A DNA stretch of 64,000 nt from a virus. The stretch lies in IMG/VR virus record IMGVR_UViG_3300044294_000190, positions 1 through 64,000 of that record; one strand, given 5' to 3'. Each line of letters opens with the position of its first letter. Position 1 is the stretch's first letter. The notes beneath the pieces are model-generated. The model was not told the DNA's origin. It did no database searches and worked only from the letters and a program-made list of their open reading frames with translations. Shown in pieces: positions 9,363 to 19,395 of the stretch. The position numbers and the translations under genes were made by a program.

Positions 9363-9725
9363 TCATGCTATCCATGCTGATTGATCTGCTTGTGTATATA
9401 TTCCATTCCATCCGCATTCAAAGCAACGTGGGGCAGGTGGTTTATTTGTTATCCCCCCATTGGAACGACTGAAGACATTTTTACTACCGCATTTAGGACA
9501 AGTCAAATGCCCATCCATGCGGTGAGCTTCCCCGCCAGACCACGTGCGGATTGCAGTCCCCATGTCAATTTGTCCACTGGCGTCGGTGACGGGTCGAGGT
9601 TGGGCAACCGTTGTCGTTGCCTGCTGGGTAAACGCAGGAAGAACAGTCCTTTGGGTCGTAGGTGGCAACGACGTTTTCTTTGGCGTTGTTTCTACACTAA
9701 GTTTCCTTTCCCACCAAGAACTCAT
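9363..9725 (-). CDS. Zn-ribbon protein
   Basis: CPKCGSKN...RCFECGW. Confidence 0.75.
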   Translation of the reverse strand: MSSWWERKLSVETTPKKTSLPPTTQRTVLPAFTQQATTTVAQPRPVTDASGQIDMGTAIRTWSGGEAHRMDGHLTCPKCGSKNVFSRSNGGITNKPPAPRCFECGWNGIYTQADQSAWIA

Positions 9726-10087
9726 TCAACTACCACTTCTCCAAGTAATGCAATTTTTTCGTTCATGAGTAATTTTTGAACAAGGGCAATTCCATAAGCA
9801 AGAATGATTGACTTGGTTTGATTAACTATTTCCACTACCTCCGGATTGTCATCGGATAGTTCTTGCATTCCTTTGGTTAACACTTCAGAAAACCATTCTA
9901 CAGATTCAACGACTTCATTAAAGATACCAAGTCCATATAACATTTCCCATTGATCAGAAACCCATTCCTGTTCCTTGACTTTAACATCCTCTGATGTTCC
10001 AGTAAATCCGTGTTGTTTTGCAATATCTTGTCCAAGGTACATGGAAAGCATCAAATAAAAAGTTCTTTTATCAATGATGTGATTCAT
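9722..10087 (-). CDS. hypothetical protein
   Basis: 121 aa, 4-nt overlaps at both ends. Confidence 0.75.
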   Translation of the reverse strand: MNHIIDKRTFYLMLSMYLGQDIAKQHGFTGTSEDVKVKEQEWVSDQWEMLYGLGIFNEVVESVEWFSEVLTKGMQELSDDNPEVVEIVNQTKSIILAYGIALVQKLLMNEKIALLGEVVVE

Positions 10088-12126
10088 TTTCCTTTAGCCT
10101 CCGACCAGCTATGCGCTGTATGACAAGATACTTTAAGTGATACCCCCATGATAGATCGATTATGGCCCATGGCGTTTACAAAAAGTTCTTGAACGTCTTC
10201 ACTTTCGGGAGAAACCGCAACGAGCTCGTCGTGAACCTGCACGACTAACTTAGCATTTGTATCTTTAAAAGCAGAAAAAACTTGAATCATGGCATCTTTA
10301 CAAATATCTGCGGCTGAGCCTTGAATAACCGCGTTAATTGCTTGGCGTTCGGCTCTCGATGCAAGTTCAGGATTGGAAGACGTGATGTCAATAAGCCGAC
10401 GGCGGCGACCACTTAGTGTGGTTACGTACCCTCTTTTTTGAGCAAGCGTAATGGTTTTGTTTTTCCATTGAGTAAGTCCCTTAAAACTTTGCTTATAGGC
10501 AGTCAAGATGTTATGGGCGTGGGTGTCATCAATGCCGGTTGTTCTAGCAAGCTTTGCGTAACCACCGCCGTATGCCGTAAGAAAGTTAACACCCTTGCCA
10601 ATCTGTCGTTCTTCAGAAGTAACTTTCTCCAGTGGTTTTTTAAATACAACTGCGGCGGTTGCGGTGTGAATGTCAATATCTTCATTAAAAATTCGAAGGA
10701 GTTCCTTGTCCTGGCTGAACATGGCCATGACGCGCAACTCAATCTGATCGTAGTCAGCAACAAGCATCTTGTACCCGTCCGGTGGTACAAATAGTTTTCT
10801 TACTGTTGACTCTCTAGGAATGTTTTGGAGGTTGGGATCAGAAGAGGAAAGGCGGCCTGTGGATGTCCTGTGTAGGTGAAATGACGGATGGAGTTTCCCC
10901 CTATTAAGTTTTGGAATAAGCCCCTCAACATAAGTGGACTTTAATTTTTGCAATTCCTGCCAGTCAAGAAGAAGGGGAATAATAGGGTGCTTACCCCGGA
11001 GCTTTTCCAAAGACTCACTATCCACAGATGGTGCGTTATTTGGTGTTTTCTTGGGTGGCTTGAGACCAAGACCACCCTTTCGCTTTTTGTTAAAAAGAAA
11101 CTGTTGTTTCTCCTTATTTGAGTCGGGGTTAAACCCGGGGTAAGCGATCTCTGAAATGGCTAGCAACGTATCTTTAAGCTTATTATCAAGTTCTTTGCGC
11201 AGGGATTTCAGTGATGAGTAATCAACTGAAATACCTTCTTCTTCCATGTGCATGATGACGTATAGCAAATCCATGTCTTTCTCAAGCACCGGAATAAGGG
11301 GGCAATCAATCTTAATTTTTGCAATAAGTTTCTTATAGGTGAGCCACGCCCACCGGGCATCTAAATGAACATAGCGAGCAGCAACATCGAATGGAACATT
11401 ATCAATGTTCTTTCCAATTTTTCCTTCTCGATAGGCATTGTGGTTGGAAAAATTATGTTGGATGAGACTGACAAGGGAGAAGCTGCTGATGTTCTCATCA
11501 CATATATGTTGAAGCACCATGGTGTCGCAGTAGGGCTTTGATGGCAGTTCACCGTAGTACTTTTGAATGGATCTAGCGTCAAACTTAACGTTGTGGTTTA
11601 CTTTTACGCAGTCGCTGAAAAATAATGGTCGCAGAGCTTCAAACACTTCAAAACGATCAAGTTGTTGTGGCGGTAATTCAAACGTTGCTGGAATCACGTA
11701 CTTTGTTTTAGCAAGAGACTCAGAACCATCTTTTAAAACTTTGCGATATCCGGGTGGTGGGACGGTTGATCCATCACCCCTCACCTCTGGTGTAATTACT
11801 TTGCCAATCTTGTGTCCCATGGGGATTGCCCAGGAGTGTTCTGTCGTAGCAATGCCCATCCAAAACACTTCGTTGCGCTTCGGGTCGAGGGCCAGCTGAG
11901 ATAAATATCGTTGTCGTATGACTTCTGTTGATCGAGAAACAATGTCAGCACTGGGGTTCTTGAGTGTTTTGATGTGTTCTGCGCACTCTTTTTCAAAAAG
12001 CTCTAAAACGTCAGAATGACGCTCAAGAACCCCACGTGACTCAATATCAAACGAGAACGCCCCGGCTGCCTTTACAACAGAAACAATTTCGCTGATTTCG
12101 GAAACGGTGTGGACCGTTAAGGCCAT
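10084..12126 (-). CDS. polA: family A DNA polymerase (3'-5' exonuclease + polymerase, no 5' nuclease)
   Basis: FDIES, HNVKFD, TGRLSSSDPNLQNIP, ADYDQIELR, KGVNFLTAYG, QVHDEL. Confidence 0.97.
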   Translation of the reverse strand: MALTVHTVSEISEIVSVVKAAGAFSFDIESRGVLERHSDVLELFEKECAEHIKTLKNPSADIVSRSTEVIRQRYLSQLALDPKRNEVFWMGIATTEHSWAIPMGHKIGKVITPEVRGDGSTVPPPGYRKVLKDGSESLAKTKYVIPATFELPPQQLDRFEVFEALRPLFFSDCVKVNHNVKFDARSIQKYYGELPSKPYCDTMVLQHICDENISSFSLVSLIQHNFSNHNAYREGKIGKNIDNVPFDVAARYVHLDARWAWLTYKKLIAKIKIDCPLIPVLEKDMDLLYVIMHMEEEGISVDYSSLKSLRKELDNKLKDTLLAISEIAYPGFNPDSNKEKQQFLFNKKRKGGLGLKPPKKTPNNAPSVDSESLEKLRGKHPIIPLLLDWQELQKLKSTYVEGLIPKLNRGKLHPSFHLHRTSTGRLSSSDPNLQNIPRESTVRKLFVPPDGYKMLVADYDQIELRVMAMFSQDKELLRIFNEDIDIHTATAAVVFKKPLEKVTSEERQIGKGVNFLTAYGGGYAKLARTTGIDDTHAHNILTAYKQSFKGLTQWKNKTITLAQKRGYVTTLSGRRRRLIDITSSNPELASRAERQAINAVIQGSAADICKDAMIQVFSAFKDTNAKLVVQVHDELVAVSPESEDVQELFVNAMGHNRSIMGVSLKVSCHTAHSWSEAKGK

Positions 12127-12129
12127 CAG

Positions 12130-12852
12130 TTAATCCGCTTGGACAATCTCTGAGGCAATTTCCAGGAGGTCGGTGTGCGACGGAACCTGAATGATGTCGG
12201 AGGAATATGCCTTGTTGCGAAGTGCCGACATGGTTTCATCGGACAACGCCTGCAGGTTGAACTCCGTCAGGTCACGCTCACGCACGAGTTGAAGCAGGGT
12301 TTGGGTCTGAGCGCCCTTGCCAGTGCGGGAAATTGCCCAGTAGTGCTTGGACAACGGGCCCTGTCGTGGGTCGTTGTGATAGTTGCGAAGCTGGTCGATG
12401 AGACGAACCCCAACCTCCAACGAACGGATATCCGGATCCTCGTTGCTGGTCAACAGCGCCACGTTAAACGCAAACTTGCTGTTGGCACGAAGGCCTGCCT
12501 TGCACAGAGGACAGCCGTTGGGGTGGTTGCTGAGGCAGATGAAAGATTTCTGTCCCTCGCGCTCAACCCAGTGGGTTCGGAATGATGCGTACGGCTCATC
12601 TTCAATGAACTTGATGATCTGTGCATCTTCAGTGATCTTGAGACGCTGTGCGTATGGCGTGGTTGCCTCTTGCACTTTCTGTGCGGCTACCCACCCACGC
12701 TTGATGACCATCGTTGCTGATGCCGTGGTTGGGGCGGGCTTGTCAACGCGCTCCTTCTTCGTCATTGTCGTGACGTTCTTTGCGGTGTCGTCAATGGGTT
12801 CCATGTCAATGGTGTCATCGACTTCGAACTCTTCACTATATTTGTTTGGCAT
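12130..12852 (-). CDS. single-stranded DNA-binding protein (gp32-like)
   Basis: IKFIED..THW..FICL..CPLC, ISRTGKGAQTQ; next to polymerase; C-ending codon bias. Confidence 0.75.
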   Translation of the reverse strand: MPNKYSEEFEVDDTIDMEPIDDTAKNVTTMTKKERVDKPAPTTASATMVIKRGWVAAQKVQEATTPYAQRLKITEDAQIIKFIEDEPYASFRTHWVEREGQKSFICLSNHPNGCPLCKAGLRANSKFAFNVALLTSNEDPDIRSLEVGVRLIDQLRNYHNDPRQGPLSKHYWAISRTGKGAQTQTLLQLVRERDLTEFNLQALSDETMSALRNKAYSSDIIQVPSHTDLLEIASEIVQAD

Positions 12853-12867
12853 GATATTTGTCCTTTG

Positions 12868-13302
12868 TTACTTTGTCCAGTGTTGTTTGATGTATCTCTT
12901 GAATTCACTCCATTTAGCTGAACTCAACCTTGGCTGATCGCCAATGAATCGCTCAACTGCTTGGATAATCAACTCTACCTGTGCGCGAGTGTAAAGACGA
13001 CGACCCTTGGACTGTTTTCCAGGAAGTTGTTGTGACTTTGGTATCGCGCTTCGGTAGGTTGCGGGAGGAATCCACCCCCGGCTTTCCCACATCCGCAGGG
13101 TGACCGGCTTCCGGCCCAAAAGCCTGGCCAGTTGCCCTACGGTGTAGAACTCTTGACGCACACCGTTGATGGTGTAAATCGTCGGCTTTACGTTATCAGA
13201 GGGGTCTCCCAAGGTTTCGTACCCTTTTCTATTTTTTGGCTTTTTTGAGCCGGGGTAGTTTGGAAGATCTTTGAAAATGTTATTTAAACTTTCAGTGCCC
13301 AA
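12868..13302 (-). CDS. MerR-type HTH DNA-binding protein
   Basis: FYTVGQLARLLGRKPVTLRMWESRGWIP...RRLYT; likely TTG start at 13302 after GGAG. Confidence 0.8.
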   Translation of the reverse strand: MGTESLNNIFKDLPNYPGSKKPKNRKGYETLGDPSDNVKPTIYTINGVRQEFYTVGQLARLLGRKPVTLRMWESRGWIPPATYRSAIPKSQQLPGKQSKGRRLYTRAQVELIIQAVERFIGDQPRLSSAKWSEFKRYIKQHWTK

Positions 13303-13673
13303 GATTCTTTCTCCATGTAAAAAGACTTTATTTGTTCTTGCAATTCTGGGTTTTGCCATGCTAATCCAAGGATTTTGTCCTCATTTAACACTTCTACTAC
13401 TTCTTTAACGACATCCCAATGTCCGTTTTGTTTTGCCCATGCTTCAGCAGCAGATGCGTTAAATACTTTACTAACACGGCGTTCTCGTTTAATTTCAACA
13501 TCGTCAATGGTAAGCCAAATGTGTCCGTTGTTATCTGTGGTTCCCAACGTGGTGAGAGCTTCTGTCAACTTGGTTTTCATTTCAGCGTTGCGCTTCTCAA
13601 GAGAGTCGATCATCTCTTTGGCTTTCTTGTACTCACGCACAAGGCCTTTAACGTAGTCTTCATCTAGTGACAT
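13284..13673 (-). CDS. coiled-coil hypothetical phage protein
   Basis: 129 aa ORF in the replication operon. Confidence 0.75.
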   Translation of the reverse strand: MSLDEDYVKGLVREYKKAKEMIDSLEKRNAEMKTKLTEALTTLGTTDNNGHIWLTIDDVEIKRERRVSKVFNASAAEAWAKQNGHWDVVKEVVEVLNEDKILGLAWQNPELQEQIKSFYMEKESWALKV

Positions 13674-13674
13674 G

Positions 13675-15216
13675 TCATACCTCGCTTGTTTTGAGAAAAT
13701 CGCTTAATGTTCCTAATGTTATTTGATAGCTATTACTGTAGTCGTACTCACCGTCGATAAACGCTTTATTGATATTGCGTTTTTCTTGAAGCATTTCATA
13801 TTGGCGTTCTTCTACGCTTCCTTCCATAACTAACGCCACAATGTTAACGTGGGTGTGCTCGGACGACAACCTGATAATGCGAGACTCTCTCTGGTCGAGT
13901 TTTCCGGCACTCCAAGGCAAGTCATACGAAATAAGGTAATTGGCTACCGGCAGGTCCAGACCATAGCCACCGGCATCAGATGACAGAAACAGCCGTACGG
14001 AGGGATCGTTCGTAAACGTTTGTTTGGCAACATCTCGTTGGGCATTGTTCATGGTTCCGTCAAAAATAACGCTTCTGGTCAGGTGGGCCGTTGCTTTTTG
14101 TATCAACTTAAGGTTGTAGGTGTAAAACGAAAACAGGACCACTTTGTTTTTGGGATCTTCATTCAATACCGTTTCAAGATATTCAACCAGTGTTTCTTGT
14201 TTTGGAGATTTTAGTTTTGAATAAACAATCCCTCGCTTGACAAGTTTGTTGGCGTATTCACTGCCCTGTTTTGTTGTTGTGTTGTGCAAGTGGGCAGATA
14301 AAAGAACAAGCTGTGGGTTATCGCAAAACATTCTAAGTGCGGTGATTTGAGACATGATGAATCCTTGGTCAGAGTTGTCTTGTCTACCGTAATAGTGAGT
14401 CCAAAGATCAAAACCACGACCAAACGTGCTGATGGCTTTTTGAATTGAATCAAGCAGTTCTCGAGCAATAATCCGATACGCCCTGGCCCCATCTTTGTCA
14501 AACGGAACCGGGATAACGGAGTGAACAATTTTGGGAAGCTGGTCTGCGATGTCTTCTCGACGTTTACGAATCATTACTGGGCGAAGACTGTTTTGTAACA
14601 CGTCAAGGTTTCGATAGCGAAGTGGTCTTCCAAACATCCTGTCACGAACAATAAAAGTACGGTCAAACGTATTGAAGTCTCCCAAGATCTTGGAATTGAC
14701 AAACTCCATGATTGAAAACAATTCTTCGGGTCGGTTTTCAATTGGTTGTCCGGTGAGGGCAAATCGATAATGATATGTTTTGCCAATGCGCTTGAGCATC
14801 CGCGAACGCTGCGAGCGTGGAGTTTTAATCATGGTTGCTTCATCAATCACCATTGCCCCAAATGCTTGTTCGGAATAATACGAAAAATCTCGCTTGAGCG
14901 ATTCGGGATTCACAATTACATAGCGAGACCCAATAGATTTTCTCCATAAATCAACGCGGGTGTTTTGTGACCCGTCAATTACAGTTGCATGTGCATCAGT
15001 AAACTTTTGTACCTCACGAAGCCACTGGTACTTGAGCGCCGCCGGAACAACAATCAATGCTCGTTCAATTTCTTTGTTTTCGTACAAGTATTCAAGTGCG
15101 GCAAGTGTCGTCACCGTCTTACCGGCGCCCATCACGAGCGCCAGGAGCATCTGTCCGCGTTCGACCATTACATCAACGGCCTCTTGTTGAAAAGGGTAAA
15201 GTTTTCCTTTAAACAT
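13675..15216 (-). CDS. SNF2-family (SF2) helicase
   Basis: MGAGKT, IDEA, LTGQP, AGGYGLDL, QRESRIIR. Confidence 0.93.
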   Translation of the reverse strand: MFKGKLYPFQQEAVDVMVERGQMLLALVMGAGKTVTTLAALEYLYENKEIERALIVVPAALKYQWLREVQKFTDAHATVIDGSQNTRVDLWRKSIGSRYVIVNPESLKRDFSYYSEQAFGAMVIDEATMIKTPRSQRSRMLKRIGKTYHYRFALTGQPIENRPEELFSIMEFVNSKILGDFNTFDRTFIVRDRMFGRPLRYRNLDVLQNSLRPVMIRKRREDIADQLPKIVHSVIPVPFDKDGARAYRIIARELLDSIQKAISTFGRGFDLWTHYYGRQDNSDQGFIMSQITALRMFCDNPQLVLLSAHLHNTTTKQGSEYANKLVKRGIVYSKLKSPKQETLVEYLETVLNEDPKNKVVLFSFYTYNLKLIQKATAHLTRSVIFDGTMNNAQRDVAKQTFTNDPSVRLFLSSDAGGYGLDLPVANYLISYDLPWSAGKLDQRESRIIRLSSEHTHVNIVALVMEGSVEERQYEMLQEKRNINKAFIDGEYDYSNSYQITLGTLSDFLKTSEV

Positions 15217-16144
15217 TTGTAATCCACCACGGTAGCACTGACGCTTTAGTAACTGCTTCATAGATCTCAGAGTCTGTCATGTCTCCAATATCTTTAGCAG
15301 ATGTATGACGATATCTTAACCATGTAACAGGGTATCTGAACGATGGTAAAAACTTTTTTAATTTCTTTGCCGAATTAATGCCTGCCTCGTCGTTGTCTAA
15401 GGCAACTACAAGCTTATTTACGTACATGGAAAGCAGGGAAATCTGGCTCTTGCTGATGTGAGCACCAAAAGAAGCAAGACCACATACTCCGTCCATAACT
15501 GTGTTCAGCCGGACTACGTCCAGGGGGGATTCAACAAGCACACATGTACCAGAGTTAATAGAGTCAATGCCAAACAATGTTTTTGATTTAGAAACGCCAG
15601 TTGGATAGTTTAAAACGCGGGATTTGGATTTAGATTGCCAACCCAGTAGTTCTCCTGTGGGAGCAACAATTGGGATCACCCACGCTTGAGTTGATGGGTC
15701 CCATCGAATACCGTACCGGCGAACTGCTTCCCTGTCGATGTTCTTCTCCTGCAGTCGCGCATCAGATGGAACAGAAAACTTGCTAAAAATAAGCCAATCA
15801 ACAGGTACGTTTTTTTCTTCTGATTTTGGTGTTGAAATTCGACCAAGGCTATTGTTAATCAAAAATTTGTGAATCGCAACAATAGAATCCGTTTCTCCAG
15901 TGATCTCAGAAACAAGCTGAGAAAGCGTGCCACGAGCACCGCACGAGTAACAAATCCACAATCCGGTATTTCCATTCATTGACCATGATGGGGACTTGTC
16001 TTCTTTGCCAGTACGCGAAAAATGTACTGGGCATCTGGCTGAGATTTCCTTTTCCCCTGCTCTAACAACGTCAACGCCAAGGCGGCGTAAAACGTCAGCA
16101 AGGTCAGTAATACCAGTTGTCTGTGTCATTGTCGTCATCAGCAT
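15209..16144 (-). CDS. DNA primase (CHC2 Zn finger + TOPRIM)
   Basis: CPVH...CYSCG, LVESPLD, ALDNDEAG, KDIGD. Confidence 0.92.
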   Translation of the reverse strand: MLMTTMTQTTGITDLADVLRRLGVDVVRAGEKEISARCPVHFSRTGKEDKSPSWSMNGNTGLWICYSCGARGTLSQLVSEITGETDSIVAIHKFLINNSLGRISTPKSEEKNVPVDWLIFSKFSVPSDARLQEKNIDREAVRRYGIRWDPSTQAWVIPIVAPTGELLGWQSKSKSRVLNYPTGVSKSKTLFGIDSINSGTCVLVESPLDVVRLNTVMDGVCGLASFGAHISKSQISLLSMYVNKLVVALDNDEAGINSAKKLKKFLPSFRYPVTWLRYRHTSAKDIGDMTDSEIYEAVTKASVLPWWITNV

Positions 16145-17366
16145 CTTCTCCCACTTCGGTAAAATTCATGTTCGCCCAATCCCAGTTAATACGTATTTCT
16201 CCAAGGGGTGCGGACCTGGCTAGAACAACTCTAATGATGGCCTGTTCTTCAATATCGGGATCTGCTTCTACGCCAAGGACAAGGTCGGAATCCTGAGCAA
16301 ATGAAGAGGTGTAACCAATCGCATCTGATGTAATTTTTCTTGACTTGCGATTGTTGAGCTTCCACGACAATACTTGGGTAGTTCCAACAATTGGGATGTC
16401 TTCATTTTGGGCAACTCGTTTTAGGGACCGAGTGATGTTGGTGAGTGCCTGTGGTGATCCCTTTGGTTCTTCGTTCTCGTCATCCATCAAGTACACACCG
16501 TCAACAAACAAAATATCCGGTTTATATTCTTTAATTTTTGCGGCAAGTGCCCCAACTGTTGTTAGAGCAGATGTGTCTTCAGTAATGATAAAGGGGTGCA
16601 TGTTCTTTCTCATCCTAAGAGTATTAGCAACTTTTTCTAATTCCTTTTCACTCATTGCCCCGCGTAGGATGTTGCTGTAGGGGACGCCCGCGACGATTGC
16701 GTCGTATCGAGCCGCTTGTTCATCTGCCGACATTTCAAACGATACAAACAGGGGCGTTTTTCCGTGCAGGTGAGCTGCATTTGCCATGTACAAAGTCATT
16801 AATGATTTACCACGCTTTGCCTCACCAACAAAGGTGATTAGCTGCTGTGGACGAAATCCGGATGTAATTCTATCTAGGCCGAGCAATCCGGTTGGAATGC
16901 CGCGTAAACCGTTGGGTGTTTTCTGCAATTCAATGTATTTCTCAACTCGTTGTTCCCATGTCTCAATAAGGTTTACGTCTCGAAGTTTGGTTGTATCTGT
17001 AGTGGCTTTATTTACGCCTTTTGTAAGCAGTGTAAGTGCGGCATTTACTGCGCCTTGCTCAAGTGCAGGCATCGCCTCCGCAACGGACTCAAGTAGACTT
17101 CTGTGTTTGTAAGACTTGTAAACCTCGTCAATTAACCCACTAAATGGTTCTTTAGAGGCATCAACAAAGGTAATGTCACCAAATTGTTGTTTGACTGCTC
17201 GAGTGGTTGGTACAGAATTGTGCTCACGCCAATAAATAATGATCCATTCCCAAACATGGCTCCACGCCGATGTGAAATGTATGTTTTTGATACCAAGCTT
17301 TAGGGGGTGCGTAATGTTTTGTTCTTGGATTATCTTGCTAATAAGGAGATGTTCTGCACTAGCCAT
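16104..17366 (-). CDS. DnaB-like replicative helicase
   Basis: GIPTG...GEAKRGKS, SFEM, FVDGVYLM, QDSD. Confidence 0.93.
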   Translation of the reverse strand: MASAEHLLISKIIQEQNITHPLKLGIKNIHFTSAWSHVWEWIIIYWREHNSVPTTRAVKQQFGDITFVDASKEPFSGLIDEVYKSYKHRSLLESVAEAMPALEQGAVNAALTLLTKGVNKATTDTTKLRDVNLIETWEQRVEKYIELQKTPNGLRGIPTGLLGLDRITSGFRPQQLITFVGEAKRGKSLMTLYMANAAHLHGKTPLFVSFEMSADEQAARYDAIVAGVPYSNILRGAMSEKELEKVANTLRMRKNMHPFIITEDTSALTTVGALAAKIKEYKPDILFVDGVYLMDDENEEPKGSPQALTNITRSLKRVAQNEDIPIVGTTQVLSWKLNNRKSRKITSDAIGYTSSFAQDSDLVLGVEADPDIEEQAIIRVVLARSAPLGEIRINWDWANMNFTEVGEDADDDNDTDNWYY

Positions 17367-17806
17367 TACAAGTTCCAGCTTGTTTTAGGGGTGACTACGG
17401 TTGCTTTCATGCCAATCTTTCTTGCGTGTTCTTGATCTGCAACGTAAATGGTTTTTATTTCTGGAAAAAACTTTGAGGTTTCGGCCAAGTCATCTATGTC
17501 GGCGTAGGGGACCACCGTAGTAGATATGTTTCGTTTAATCAACCACCTGTCAATTGCTTCAGCAATGTCAACGGGAAACAAAGTATAAACAGCAACGCCA
17601 ATTTGTTTTCGATTAATGGTATCAATGACGTGTTTTAATGGAATTTCATTTGCTTTCCAATAGGAAAGATATGCATCGTAATCGTTAGCTCGTAGACGGA
17701 TGTTCGCAATGATTTTACCTACTGTATCGGGTGGGGAGGCCAGTACGCCCTCAAAAAGAACCGCGACTCCTGGGGGAGAATAGGCAAAAATGTCATTCCT
17801 CTCCAT
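17366..17806 (-). CDS. hypothetical protein, possibly degenerate HAD-like fold
   Basis: VAVLFEGVL resembles HAD motif I but lacks the catalytic Asp. Confidence 0.6.
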   Translation of the reverse strand: MERNDIFAYSPPGVAVLFEGVLASPPDTVGKIIANIRLRANDYDAYLSYWKANEIPLKHVIDTINRKQIGVAVYTLFPVDIAEAIDRWLIKRNISTTVVPYADIDDLAETSKFFPEIKTIYVADQEHARKIGMKATVVTPKTSWNL

Positions 17807-18440
17807 TCGCTCTCCACAACCGGTAGTCCTCACCAAGAAATGGAATAAACAAACAACAATCTGTAATGATTGAAGAAAACCTGTTTCCGTAAATTGATGA
17901 AAGTTTATTTATTGGGATATCTGTCGTGATGATTGTGGGCAACTGGTTTTCGTAACGCTTGCTAAGCATAGATGTAAGAGATTTCTTGGCAAACTCAGAC
18001 TGTCGTCGCTCTGTACCAAGACCATCCAAAACAAGGATGTCGTAAACGTTGTCGATGTAGTAAATAGTGTCCGCATCTGACGATTCGTCGTCGTAATGAT
18101 CATTGTCAAAGGATGAGTAAGAAGTCTCTAGATATTGCTCTGCCGTAATAAAATATCCGCAAACTTCCGATGTGGCTACGGCACGTTTAAGTATTGATGT
18201 GGCAATGTGTGTCTTACCACTACCTGTACCACCAAACAAATACAGACCAACTCCATTGTTAAGGTTGTCTTTAAGATTGTTTAGCCAGTGGTTGGCGTAT
18301 ACCAGAACATCCTGGCTTCCGTTTTCTTGATCGTAGTTGTCCAAAGTTGCAGAGATGTATTTCTTAGGTATAAACGTGTTCTTCAAACGCTCTTCAACGG
18401 GGCGTTTGCGCCAATATTTTTGACTCTTCAATTCACCCAT
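17793..18440 (-). CDS. DnaC/IstB-like helicase loader ATPase
   Basis: GGTGSGKTH, LVLDGLGTE, RYENQLPTIITT, GEDYR. Confidence 0.9.
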   Translation of the reverse strand: MGELKSQKYWRKRPVEERLKNTFIPKKYISATLDNYDQENGSQDVLVYANHWLNNLKDNLNNGVGLYLFGGTGSGKTHIATSILKRAVATSEVCGYFITAEQYLETSYSSFDNDHYDDESSDADTIYYIDNVYDILVLDGLGTERRQSEFAKKSLTSMLSKRYENQLPTIITTDIPINKLSSIYGNRFSSIITDCCLFIPFLGEDYRLWRANGEE

Positions 18441-18837
18441 TTTTGTTTCCCTTTTTAAAACGTTTGTCAACAGTATACGATTCATAAGAATAAGTTCTGG
18501 ACCCAACTTTTATTTTTTCGTATAAAGGATCAAGCCTTAATAAAAAACCACGCCAGGCCGGAAGCGTCGTTGGTAGTGGGGTTTGTTTTATATCGTGAGC
18601 AAACTGATCAATCATTAGCACTATTTCATCGTTTGAAATTCCTTGTTGTCGAAGTTTTTTAAATGCTTTCATTAATGCAACACCATTGACCGGGGCAGAC
18701 AAAGTCATTGTTGTCGGCACAACAGTATTTTTGAAATAGTAAACAAGCTCCTTAATCGACGTTTTCTTTTTTGGTTGTTTAACAACCTTTTTTTCGTCGT
18801 CTGCTCCTAGCGCCTTACCCCAAGAATCAGAGTTCAT
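18433..18837 (-). CDS. hypothetical replication-associated protein
   Basis: 134 aa, overlaps the loader gene. Confidence 0.7.
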   Translation of the reverse strand: MNSDSWGKALGADDEKKVVKQPKKKTSIKELVYYFKNTVVPTTMTLSAPVNGVALMKAFKKLRQQGISNDEIVLMIDQFAHDIKQTPLPTTLPAWRGFLLRLDPLYEKIKVGSRTYSYESYTVDKRFKKGNKNG

Positions 18838-19394
18838 GTCAATGACTCATAAAGTGTTTCATACAAACCCGCTAGCTCTTGTTTAAATAAATCTTCATTA
18901 CCTTCTTGAGCTAGCACGGATACGGCTATGGAAAATAAATTGCTGGTGTGGGCGTTTACTAGCACAATTGGTATTGAGTATTTGATTTTTTGTTCTAGTA
19001 AATCATTGGCCCAATGATTAAAAAAACTTTTACGTCGCCCAATCTCATCATCGTAATTACCCGTAGTCCACCCATCTAATACGCACGACCACCCAGGAAG
19101 TGTGATGTCCATGTACCCGCGCCACATACTGGTAGATACCCATTCCGCCCTGACTATAAGTGGTTTCTTTTTCCAGGTAATGGGTGAGTCTCCGTATTCA
19201 TCAAGCTGTACAAAGTTTGCAATGTAATATGTGTTTACTTTTTCGTCATCTATTAAATAAATTGTTTCGCAGTTATCAAGATCTGCACTGTAACAACTTT
19301 CGCAAAAGGGACCATCACCGTTTTCCGGATACCATGAAAAATCTTCTTCTTCAATTCTTGCTTCGCAAAGTATGCAAGCGTTTTTTGTGGTCAT
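18834..19394 (-). CDS. hypothetical protein with N-terminal Zn finger
   Basis: CILC...CESC. Confidence 0.7.
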   Translation of the reverse strand: MTTKNACILCEARIEEEDFSWYPENGDGPFCESCYSADLDNCETIYLIDDEKVNTYYIANFVQLDEYGDSPITWKKKPLIVRAEWVSTSMWRGYMDITLPGWSCVLDGWTTGNYDDEIGRRKSFFNHWANDLLEQKIKYSIPIVLVNAHTSNLFSIAVSVLAQEGNEDLFKQELAGLYETLYESLT

Positions 19395-19395
19395 A

